Positions 50,435 through 58,128 of a stretch of DNA of 64,000 nucleotides are shown here, one piece after another. The translations under genes and the position numbers were made by a program. The first letter of the stretch is position 1. Each line of letters begins with the position of its first letter. The notes under the pieces were generated by a model. That model worked only from the letters and a program-made list of their open reading frames with translations, made no database searches and was not told where the DNA came from. The DNA lies in contig CAZMFQ010000009.1 of NCBI GenBank assembly GCA_964565645.1, positions 47,391-111,390 of the forward strand. Direction: 5' to 3'. This stretch comes from an uncultured Eubacteriales bacterium (GTDB lineage: Bacteria > Actinomycetota > Coriobacteriia > Anaerosomatales > JAHIQC01).

Positions 50435-51478
50435 ATGGCGCTCGTCTCCGTACGGCAACTGCTCGACCACGCGGCCGAGAACGGCTACGGCCTTCCCGCA
50501 TTCAACGTCAACGACATGGAGCAGATACAGGCGATCATGCAGGCCGCCGAGGAGACGGACAGCCCCGTCATACTCCAGAGCTCGGCCGGCGCGCGCACGT
50601 ACGCGGGCGAGCCGTTCCTGCGCAAGCTGCTGGAGGCCGCTGTCGAGACCTGGCCCAAGGTCCCGGTCGCGATGCACCTCGACCACGGGGCGAGCCCCGC
50701 GATCTGCCAGCGCGCGATCCGCTCGGGGTTCCAGAGCGTGATGATGGACGGTTCGCTGCTCACCGACGCCAAGACGCCAGCTTCCTTCGAGTACAACGTC
50801 GAAGTCACCCGCAAGGTCGTGGAGATGGCGCACGCCGTGGGCGTGACGGTCGAAGGTGAGCTCGGAGTCCTCGGCTCACTGGAGACCGGCGAGGCCGGCA
50901 AGGAAGACGGTGTGGGCGCCGAGGGCGAGCTCTCGCGCGAGATGCTGCTCACCGACCCCGAGCAGGCGGCGCAGTTCGTGGCAGCCACCGGCTGCGACGC
51001 GCTCGCGATCGCGATCGGCACGAGCCACGGCGCGTACAAGTTCACGCGCAAGCCCACCGGCGACATCCTCGCGATCGACCGCGTGAAGGAGATTCACGCC
51101 CGCATCCCCGAGACGCATCTCGTGATGCACGGCTCATCGAGCGTGCCCCAAGAGTGGCTCGAGATCATCCGCGAGTACGGCGGGCAGATGCGTGAGACCT
51201 ACGGCGTACCGGTCGAGGAGATCGTCGAGGGCATCAAGCACGGTGTGCGCAAAGTGAACATCGACACCGACATCCGGCTCGCGATGACCGGAGCCATGCG
51301 CCGTGCGATGCATGAGGACCCGAGCCAGTTCGACCCGCGCGCGTTTCTCAAGGCCGCCCGCAACGCGGCCAAGGACCTGTGCGCCGAGCGCTACGAGGCC
51401 TTCGGGGCTGCGGGCATGGGCAGCCGCATCGTGCCCGTGCCGCTCGGGGAGATGGCGGCGCGGTACGAGCGGGGGTAG
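50435..51478 (+). CDS. cbbA: Fructose-bisphosphate aldolase, class II
   Basis: 347 aa. [35 protein letters not shown]. Confidence 0.9.
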   Translation: MALVSVRQLLDHAAENGYGLPAFNVNDMEQIQAIMQAAEETDSPVILQSSAGARTYAGEPFLRKLLEAAVETWPKVPVAMHLDHGASPAICQRAIRSGFQSVMMDGSLLTDAKTPASFEYNVEVTRKVVEMAHAVGVTVEGELGVLGSLETGEAGKEDGVGAEGELSREMLLTDPEQAAQFVAATGCDALAIAIGTSHGAYKFTRKPTGDILAIDRVKEIHARIPETHLVMHGSSSVPQEWLEIIREYGGQMRETYGVPVEEIVEGIKHGVRKVNIDTDIRLAMTGAMRRAMHEDPSQFDPRAFLKAARNAAKDLCAERYEAFGAAGMGSRIVPVPLGEMAARYERG

Positions 51479-51509
51479 CGAAGGGACTCACCGCGATCGC
51501 AGTAGATTC

Positions 51510-51926
51510 TCATTCGCTAACCAGGAGATACCAATGCTCTGCGAGTCGCTCAACGCTTGTGCCAGTAGGCGCTGCTGCGTCGTCTGCGGTGTAGTAGATC
51601 TCCCGCGCAGAGCCAAGAATCCCCCTGAATGTGTAGAAACCTACAGCGTCAGCGTTGCCGCCATTCTCAGACACGAACACTTCGCCATCCGCCGATAGCG
51701 TGGCGAACTCCTTGGGCAGTCGCATGTGGTCGAAGCTGAGCACGGATGTCCCGTGGTCACTCAGTTCATCGTCTACCCACTGAACGGCTGCTTCGTACTC
51801 GTCGCGGTTGTCAAAGAACTGCTGCTTGTCCCGATCATCCTGAAGGCCGGCGCAACCCGCACAGAACGCTAGAAGTAAGACCGCCAGCGCCAGCTTGGAG
51901 GCTGCGGCTGCGGAATGCCGTTGCAT
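51510..51926 (-). CDS. Predicted lipoprotein, candidate immunity/partner of the Rhs toxin tip
   Basis: Signal peptide with lipobox (LAVLLLAFCAGC). Start at ATG 51926, or 51956 overlapping the Rhs stop. Lies in an AT-richer region (a hand-counted line at 52201-52260, in the adjacent toxin-tip CDS, gave 50% G+C). Confidence 0.55.
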   Translation of the reverse strand: MQRHSAAAASKLALAVLLLAFCAGCAGLQDDRDKQQFFDNRDEYEAAVQWVDDELSDHGTSVLSFDHMRLPKEFATLSADGEVFVSENGGNADAVGFYTFRGILGSAREIYYTADDAAAPTGTSVERLAEHWYLLVSE

Positions 51927-51948
51927 CCGCCGGGCCTCACCCAAGCTC

Positions 51949-54549
51949 TCACGCATACAGCCACCATCCGTAAGATTTCCCGTTGCCCGCACGCACGTAC
52001 ATGTTGGGCAGTCCCCCGCGCGCCGCTCGATATACGACCCTAGCTCGGGGCGAGTACGCGTATGTGTCGTACCCATAGTCAATCCAGAAGTTGTTGTCTA
52101 TTTCGTGGCGAACCTGCTCCCAGGTCCGACTACCATTCACCCCGACCAGGGATGCGATGCCCTTTGCCCCTCCGCGGGGGAACATGACTGATGAGAGCAC
52201 GTAGCCATAGTGTATGTTGCCCCAATCATCGAGGCTGATGTTCTGTCGGCCGAACTTGAACACATGATCTGTGCGATGTCCCGAATACTTATTCGCGACG
52301 TCGGCCTTGAAGTCCCAAGGCCCACCTGTCTGTACCAGGCCCTTGAACCACAGGAGCCAGCCCCCGAACGCCTGTGCGATGTTGTAGTGAAGGAGATTGT
52401 ACATCAGCTTCTCGCTGGCATACCCCGCATTGACCTGCATCATCTCCCACATCTTCTCCCATTCATCGACTCTGGGACGCAGTGTGACGGCCTTTGCCCA
52501 CATCCCGCTCGGATCCACGGCGCCTACCGGATCCCCACCACAGTACTGATATGCGCTCTCCTCACCGTCCGCCTTCGCAGGGTCCTTCGACAGGAGCTGT
52601 CTCGTGGCCGGATCGTAGGTCCTTGCTGACAAGTAGTGCAGCCCCGAGTGTCCATCAAAGCAGTAGCCCGCGTAGCGCAGCGGCTGCCTCTCGAGGATCC
52701 TAGCTGCTGTCACGGCATCGATCGAACCAGCAGCGACCGACGTGCATGCTTCTGACCGGTGCGTCCCCCACGCGTCGTAGCCGTAGGCGGCGAAGGGACT
52801 CCCGCTCGTATTCCGTAGCTCGACCACATCGCCTCGGTCGGTCGTCACCATCACGAATGGAACGGCAGCATCCTGTTCGCTTCGGTACACACCAGCGTAC
52901 GGACGTCCCTGACCGTCATACAGGTATGAGATCTTCCACACGTCGACGGCGCTCGTCCCTTCGATCGTGCGGGTCGCCGCAAGCGATAGAAGCGACAGGC
53001 CCTCGTAGACGTAGCAGGTGTCGGTGGTGGTGGTGCCGTTGGCGGAAGGCTCGATCACCACTGAGGAGATTCGCTTCCCGGCGGCATCATACCCGTACGT
53101 CGCTGAGACTCCCTGCGACGTCGCGTAGCTCGCGAGACGTCCCGTCCCGGTGTAGCCAAACACCCGCTCTGTCGGGTTGGAAACAGGTCCCTGCGCCGTC
53201 CTCCAGCCGTTAGCCGAGTCGAACGCGAACGTGGTCTCGACGCTCCCGCCGACCTTGATGTTCTCCAGCCTGTTGCCTGCTCCATAGTGATAGGTCCTCG
53301 TGAGGACCCCGACCGTCTCGGTGGCGATGTTGCCCGCTGCATCGAACACGTAGGTCGCAGACCCCGACGTAGTATCGGATGCCAGTCGCCCAGTCGCGGT
53401 GTACGTGTACGCAGCCGCAACGGAGTTCGCGAGCGGGAGTGTGCCTGTGTCGGCAATCTTGCGCCCGCTTGAGTCGTCGTACTCGTATCCGATGGTAGAA
53501 GTCTCGATCGACGTCGAGAGCAGCTTGCCGTCTTCATCCGCAAACGTACGAACGAAATCGGTATCCCCCACCATCCAACCGGTCTCGCGTCTCACTGTAT
53601 CGGTCCCTGTCACCGAGCGCGTGAGTGTGGAAGTACCGTCAAGTGCGGTCACGCGCGAGATCTCGACCCCGCTCGCATCGACGGTCGCGGTGGTCGTCAC
53701 TCCGCCGTAGCGCGTCACCAGTGTCGTTGATTGCCCCGGAGCCGACGGGTAGATGAACTCCCGGTGGACTCCCGTGAGCCCGTCGTCGGTCGCGGCGGTG
53801 CGGCCAAGTGAATCGTATGTCGTATCCGTGTGGCGCACGTCGCCCGCAGCAGTGGTATGCACTTCTTCGCACGTCTGTCCGAACTCATCGAAACGGCTGC
53901 GCACGGCAGCGCCATCAGGATCGGTTGTCGACAGCACGTGGCCCGCTGGGTCGAAGGCGGTTCGCGTCGTCTTGCCCGCCACCGTGCTCGCGGTGACGCG
54001 ACCGGCGGCATCGCAGGTGCTTGAAGACTCGATCCCGTCCGCATCGACAGTGGACAGCACCTGTCCGAGCACGTTGTAGCTCGTGGTCGAGGCGGTGGGG
54101 TTGCCCGCACCAGTGACAGAGATCTGGCGCGAAAGCAGGTCGAAGGTGAAAGTGGTGCTCACGCCGTCGGCCGTCGTGCTCGAAACCGTGCGACCCCCCA
54201 GGTCGTTTCGGGTAGTGGTGGTACCGTCCTGCGTGGTCGTCGAGACTTGATTGCCGGCATCGTCGTAGACGTAAGTCGCATACGTGCCATCGGGGTTGTC
54301 GACTCTCGCTGTCGTGCCATCAGCATTGTAGGTATAGCGCGTCGGGGTGGTCGTGCCTGGAGCGGTAGAACTCAAGAGCTGCCCGTATGCGTCATAGCTC
54401 GAGATGCTCGCATTTGCCGCGATGTGGGAATCGAGCCCCTCGCCCCACTGCGCCACGACGTTACCGCGTGCATCGTATCTGCTCTCTGAGGGCAGACCGC
54501 CGGTGAGCGCGTCGTCGGAGCTCAGCTCACGTCCGAGCCCGTCGAACAC
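51949..54549 (-). CDS. Rhs/YD-repeat polymorphic toxin, N-terminally truncated (orphan or pseudogene)
   Basis: Numerous YD-type repeats (YDAYGQL, YNADGT, YDDAGN, YDSLGR, YDAAGK, YLYDGQGRP). Core-end motif GGDPVGAVDPSGMW at 52498-52539. A 182-aa variable C-terminal domain follows. Rhs-like sequence starts at VFDGLGRELS (GTG 54549) with no N-terminal secretion or targeting domain. Confidence 0.8.
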   Translation of the reverse strand: MFDGLGRELSSDDALTGGLPSESRYDARGNVVAQWGEGLDSHIAANASISSYDAYGQLLSSTAPGTTTPTRYTYNADGTTARVDNPDGTYATYVYDDAGNQVSTTTQDGTTTTRNDLGGRTVSSTTADGVSTTFTFDLLSRQISVTGAGNPTASTTSYNVLGQVLSTVDADGIESSSTCDAAGRVTASTVAGKTTRTAFDPAGHVLSTTDPDGAAVRSRFDEFGQTCEEVHTTAAGDVRHTDTTYDSLGRTAATDDGLTGVHREFIYPSAPGQSTTLVTRYGGVTTTATVDASGVEISRVTALDGTSTLTRSVTGTDTVRRETGWMVGDTDFVRTFADEDGKLLSTSIETSTIGYEYDDSSGRKIADTGTLPLANSVAAAYTYTATGRLASDTTSGSATYVFDAAGNIATETVGVLTRTYHYGAGNRLENIKVGGSVETTFAFDSANGWRTAQGPVSNPTERVFGYTGTGRLASYATSQGVSATYGYDAAGKRISSVVIEPSANGTTTTDTCYVYEGLSLLSLAATRTIEGTSAVDVWKISYLYDGQGRPYAGVYRSEQDAAVPFVMVTTDRGDVVELRNTSGSPFAAYGYDAWGTHRSEACTSVAAGSIDAVTAARILERQPLRYAGYCFDGHSGLHYLSARTYDPATRQLLSKDPAKADGEESAYQYCGGDPVGAVDPSGMWAKAVTLRPRVDEWEKMWEMMQVNAGYASEKLMYNLLHYNIAQAFGGWLLWFKGLVQTGGPWDFKADVANKYSGHRTDHVFKFGRQNISLDDWGNIHYGYVLSSVMFPRGGAKGIASLVGVNGSRTWEQVRHEIDNNFWIDYGYDTYAYSPRARVVYRAARGGLPNMYVRAGNGKSYGWWLYA

Positions 54550-54554
54550 ATGCG

Positions 54555-54806
54555 TCAGTTGTCGATGTTGCCAAGGAAGTCGATGTCGCGGGTGGGTCGG
54601 CCAAGTGGAGTGCCCCACGCGCGAAGCATGATCGCGCCCTTCACGATGAGGCGATCTGCCCACTCCGTTTGTGCGAGCCGGTAGAGGAACCGTTCGATCG
54701 CGAAGTACTGGAGCACCTGGTCGTATGAGTCCCCGCTCGCCTTCGCTTCGTTCAGTAGGCGCGCACGAACGGACGCGGGTACGTTCTTCAGTTCCCGCTG
54801 ACTCAT
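54555..54806 (-). pseudogene. abiEii: 3'-truncated abiEii (DUF1814 nucleotidyltransferase toxin) fragment
   Basis: 83 aa (NVPASVRARLLNEAKASG..YDQVLQYFAIERFLYRL....ADRLIVKGAIML..WG....RPTRDIDFLG) matches only the N-terminus of a family I remember as about 280-300 aa. ATGA overlap with abiEi. Confidence 0.7.
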
Positions 54807-55420
54807 TCCATCGCCTCAAAGTACGGACGCACGACCTTGGAGACACGGTCAATCTCAGCGTAGTCCATGATTGCATCGCGTGTGGCTTTGCGGCTGCGCA
54901 CCGTCTCTCGGAGTGCCTCGAGAGCGACATCGAGCCCGATCTTGTTCCTGAACTTGAAGCAGTCGGCAACCGTCTTGGCAGGGTTGAACACCCTCACCGT
55001 GGTGCCGCCGATGGAGTGCTCTTCAATCCCCGCCGTGAGTGCATCGCCGGACATTCGATACACGCGAACGGGCGGGTAGTCGAGCTTGGGCCGCCTATCC
55101 TTTGGCCCGATGGCGATGCTCACTCCGGAGGGAATCTGAGTTCCGATCTCATGGAAATCCAGCGCGCTCACGAGGCAGAGCACTGCGCCTGGCGCGCGCT
55201 CCGCGACCGCAACAACGTCGTACTTGCTCGGCCCTTGGAGTTCAGTGAGTCGGTACACACCTCGAGTAAGCTGCTCGAGAAGCTCCGCATCCCGCATTCC
55301 ATACAGCGTCGAGTAGTGCACACCTCGCTCCGCGGCCTCGCGCGTCCTGAGCGTGCCGCCGGCTTGCCTGAACACATCCGCGGCGTGCCTGATCGCATTC
55401 TCTGATGGAAGTCGCTTCAT
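54803..55420 (-). CDS. abiEi: AbiEi-family (type IV TA) antitoxin / transcriptional regulator
   Basis: GTLRTREAAERGVHYSTLYGMRDAELLEQLTRGVYRL winged-helix N-terminus and a C-terminal ADCFKFRNKIGLDVALEAL motif. Start at 55420; the ORF extends to 55477. Confidence 0.75.
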   Translation of the reverse strand: MKRLPSENAIRHAADVFRQAGGTLRTREAAERGVHYSTLYGMRDAELLEQLTRGVYRLTELQGPSKYDVVAVAERAPGAVLCLVSALDFHEIGTQIPSGVSIAIGPKDRRPKLDYPPVRVYRMSGDALTAGIEEHSIGGTTVRVFNPAKTVADCFKFRNKIGLDVALEALRETVRSRKATRDAIMDYAEIDRVSKVVRPYFEAME

Positions 55421-55532
55421 GAGGTCATTGTGATAGATATGTCGGACATTGTGAACATCTTCCGACGTTTTCATCACACGTATGGCGCGTCGTGATGGAC
55501 ATGCTCGTAGGCGAACGGCTGCCGCGGATCCG

Positions 55533-55967
55533 CTAGGGCAGCAGTTCGATCGCCGCAGCGAAGGTCGGGCGGTAGCTCGCGAGTCGGCTGTCGAAGCTCA
55601 GGATGCGCGCGCAGCGCTGTCGCTCACATGCGGCAAGCAACGTGCAGTCCGCGAACCCGAATCCCGTGTCCGCATAGCGCAGATCGATCTCGCGGGCGAT
55701 CTCGAGCAGTTCGGCGTCGGCCTGGACGATCTCGATTCCCGAACGCATGAACGCATCCCAGAACGAACGCTGGGCGTCGATTCCCACGCGCGCACCAAGA
55801 AAGCCCATGGTCTCGCCGAGGATAGTCGCAGGAACGCCTATGCCGCCGGGTGCATGCGACTGCAGTGCGTCGGCCGCAGTGGCGTGCAGTGACTCACGCG
55901 GACGAGCGGCGGCGATGAGCACGCTGGAATCCGCGAGCGCCCTCACGGGCGGTTCTCCCGCTCCCAC
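55533..55967 (-). CDS. vapC: PIN-domain toxin VapC (second copy)
   Basis: 144 aa. LADSSVLIAA at the N-terminus, GFADCTLLA and ILSFD acidic motifs. Overlaps the upstream antitoxin gene by 25 nt. Confidence 0.7.
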   Translation of the reverse strand: MGAGEPPVRALADSSVLIAAARPRESLHATAADALQSHAPGGIGVPATILGETMGFLGARVGIDAQRSFWDAFMRSGIEIVQADAELLEIAREIDLRYADTGFGFADCTLLAACERQRCARILSFDSRLASYRPTFAAAIELLP

Positions 55968-56215
55968 TCGCCGTCGGGCTCGAAGTACTCGGCCAGGCCG
56001 TCATCGACATGCAGGGCGAGGTCAGATTCGGGCCGGGCATCTTCGATGCAGCCGACGAGTGCCGAGATACTCACGGCACGTTCCTCGGCATGCGTGGTTC
56101 GATACTCGGCGATCGCCTCACGGGCGATCTCGGCCATCGAGGTGCCGCGCGACTCCGCCTCGCGGGCGAGGTAGCGGTGCAGCTCCTCCGGCAGATACAT
56201 CATGGTCTTCTTCAT
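55943..56215 (-). CDS. vapB: Ribbon-helix-helix antitoxin (VapB-type)
   Basis: Start at ATG 56215 (MKKTMMYLPEELHRYLAREAESRGTSMAEIAREAI), an RHH pattern. Confidence 0.65.
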   Translation of the reverse strand: MKKTMMYLPEELHRYLAREAESRGTSMAEIAREAIAEYRTTHAEERAVSISALVGCIEDARPESDLALHVDDGLAEYFEPDGEWERENRP

Positions 56216-56224
56216 GGTGACACG

Positions 56225-56272
56225 AGCATAGCACCAGCGTATGACATATGTCACTCATATATGTCATACGCT
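56225..56272 (-). promoter_or_regulatory. Promoter/operator of the second vapBC: TGACAT-N17-TATGCT overlapped by a perfect 14-bp inverted repeat
   Basis: IR AGCGTATGACATAT (56236-56249) / ATATGTCATACGCT (56259-56272) with a 9-nt spacer. On the minus strand the -35 is TGACAT (56253-56248) and the -10 is TATGCT (56230-56225), preceded by TGC. Confidence 0.5.
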
Positions 56273-56288
56273 CGACGGGGTCTCGCCG

Positions 56289-57191
56289 CTACCCGCGCGA
56301 CTCCTTGAAGCCCTCGCCGATCGCCTCGTGCACATCGGAGATGATGAGCAGTGCCCGCGGATCGAGCGTGTTGATGATCGACTTGAGCGCATCGATCTCG
56401 GTCCGCGACACGACCACGAACAGCATCTCGCGGTCTTCGCCCGAGTACACGCCGCGCGCGCTGATGGCGGTACACCCCCGACCCAGGTCGTTGATGATCG
56501 CACTGGAGATGCGCTGCGATTCCTCGGAGATGATGAACGCGGCCTTCTCGACGGACAGGCCCTCGAGCACCAGGTCGATGGTCGCGCCGGAGACGAAGAT
56601 CGCGACCGCGCCATAGAGCGCGAGCTCGGGGCCGAACTTGAGGGCCGCGATGATGGTGACCACCGCGTCGGTGATGAGCATGAGTTGGCCCACGCCGAGC
56701 GGCACGCGCTTGGAGAGCAGCTGCGCGATGATGTCGGTGCCGCCGGTGTTGCCGCCCGCCTTGAACACGAGGCCGAGTCCGAGTCCGCACACCGCACCGC
56801 CGTAGAGCGCCGCGAGCAGGAAGTCATGCTCGGCGAGGTGCGGCGTGATCGGGGCGAACAGGTCGATCGCCAACGAGAGCCCGACGATGCCGTAGATCGT
56901 GCGCGCCGCGTAGCGCCAGCCGCGCGCCCGAAGCGCGAGCAGCAGCAGCGCGACGTTCATCACGAGCATCTGGATACCGATGGGCAGCGTGAGCCCGACG
57001 TCCTTGGCGGTGTAGTAGATGACGGTCGCGAGGCCGGAGACACCGCCGGCAGCGATCTTGTTCGGGATCAGGAACGCATCGAGGCCCCAACCCGTGAGCA
57101 CGATGCCCACGGTGATGAGCGTGTAGTCGCGCAGCCAGCGGTTGCGCAGGATGGCGTCGGGGCGCAGCTTGCGCGCGGCACTCGCGATCAT
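56289..57191 (-). CDS. YitT-family membrane protein (DUF2179 C-terminal domain)
   Basis: 300 aa. FLIPNKIAAGGVSGLA motif, five to six TM helices, C-terminal soluble domain. Confidence 0.8.
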   Translation of the reverse strand: MIASAARKLRPDAILRNRWLRDYTLITVGIVLTGWGLDAFLIPNKIAAGGVSGLATVIYYTAKDVGLTLPIGIQMLVMNVALLLLALRARGWRYAARTIYGIVGLSLAIDLFAPITPHLAEHDFLLAALYGGAVCGLGLGLVFKAGGNTGGTDIIAQLLSKRVPLGVGQLMLITDAVVTIIAALKFGPELALYGAVAIFVSGATIDLVLEGLSVEKAAFIISEESQRISSAIINDLGRGCTAISARGVYSGEDREMLFVVVSRTEIDALKSIINTLDPRALLIISDVHEAIGEGFKESRG

Positions 57192-57985
57192 GCGCGCTCA
57201 CCCCTCGACGGCGGCTCCCACGTAGGGTCGATCCACTCCCCGCCCATGTTCAGCCGAGGACGTGCACGCCGAGCGAGCAGGTACTCGAGCACACTGCTCG
57301 CGTGGCGGTTCACGATATCGGCCTCGGTGAAGCCGGCCTCCTCGGCCACCGCGATTGCGTGGTCGAAGCGACCGACGTGCAGGTGATAGTGCGCGTCGGA
57401 GTTGATGGCGACGTAGCAGCCCGCCTCGCGGGAAAGCCCCACGAGCTCGCGCTCCTTGTGAGAATGCTCGGCACGGCTCGACGAGGCGTGGAAGGAGTGG
57501 TCGTTGATCTCGAGGATGACGCCGTGCGCCAGTGCGGCGGCCACCACGCGTTCCAAGTGCACCGGGAACTCGGCGCTGCCGGGATGCGTCACCATGTCCA
57601 CGAGCGGGTTGGCCAGGACGCGCTCGATGGCCTCGGTGTTGCGCTCGATGTCGCCGTCGTCAAAGCCGGTGAGCGGGTGGAAGCCGACGCCCACGAAGTC
57701 GAGCTTCTCGAGGACGACATCGGGCAGGTCGAGGCCGTTCTCCTCGGTAGGCGAAAGGTTCGCCTCGCAGCCTTTGAGAATGCGCACCCCGTCCATGACC
57801 GCGGGCAGCGCCTTGGAGTTCCAGAAGTACCACGGGTGCGACCCTTGCGGGACCGCGGGGCCGTGGTCGGTGATGGCGATCAGTTCGAGGCCGCCCACGA
57901 CCGCCCCCCGAACCATCTCGGTGAGCGTCGAATAGGCATGCCCTGAGGCGATCGTGTGGGTGTGCAGATCGGCGAGCAGTCTCAT
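57188..57985 (-). CDS. PHP-domain phosphoesterase (YcdX-like)
   Basis: 265 aa. DLHTHTIASGHAYS, ITDHGP, and a HP...DMVTHPG metal-ligand pattern. Confidence 0.8.
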   Translation of the reverse strand: MRLLADLHTHTIASGHAYSTLTEMVRGAVVGGLELIAITDHGPAVPQGSHPWYFWNSKALPAVMDGVRILKGCEANLSPTEENGLDLPDVVLEKLDFVGVGFHPLTGFDDGDIERNTEAIERVLANPLVDMVTHPGSAEFPVHLERVVAAALAHGVILEINDHSFHASSSRAEHSHKERELVGLSREAGCYVAINSDAHYHLHVGRFDHAIAVAEEAGFTEADIVNRHASSVLEYLLARRARPRLNMGGEWIDPTWEPPSRGERA

Positions 57986-58073
57986 GGGTACCTCACAGGC
58001 GGATCGGTGCGGCCGGGCGCCGCCGATAGCACTCTAGCAGACACCCGGCATGGCCTGCGGTCGGCACGCGAAC

Positions 58074-58103
58074 GAAGGGCCCGGCGTGTCGGCCGGGCCC
58101 TTC
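58074..58103 (-). terminator. Strong hairpin after the giant surface-protein gene
   Basis: GAAGGGCCCGGC-6 nt-GCCGGGCCCTTC, a perfect 12-bp stem, 25 nt downstream of the stop at 58129-58131. Confidence 0.6.
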
Positions 58104-58128
58104 GAAAGCAACTGCTCGCTGTGCGCGA

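Noticed and set aside
54550-54969. N-terminal 140 residues of the 1006-aa ORF 51949-54969 as part of the Rhs protein
   Set aside because: This stretch overlaps abiEii/abiEi in another frame, is Arg/Ser/Pro-rich with no YD repeats, and Rhs similarity begins only at VFDGLGREL. It is read-through of an open frame, not coding.
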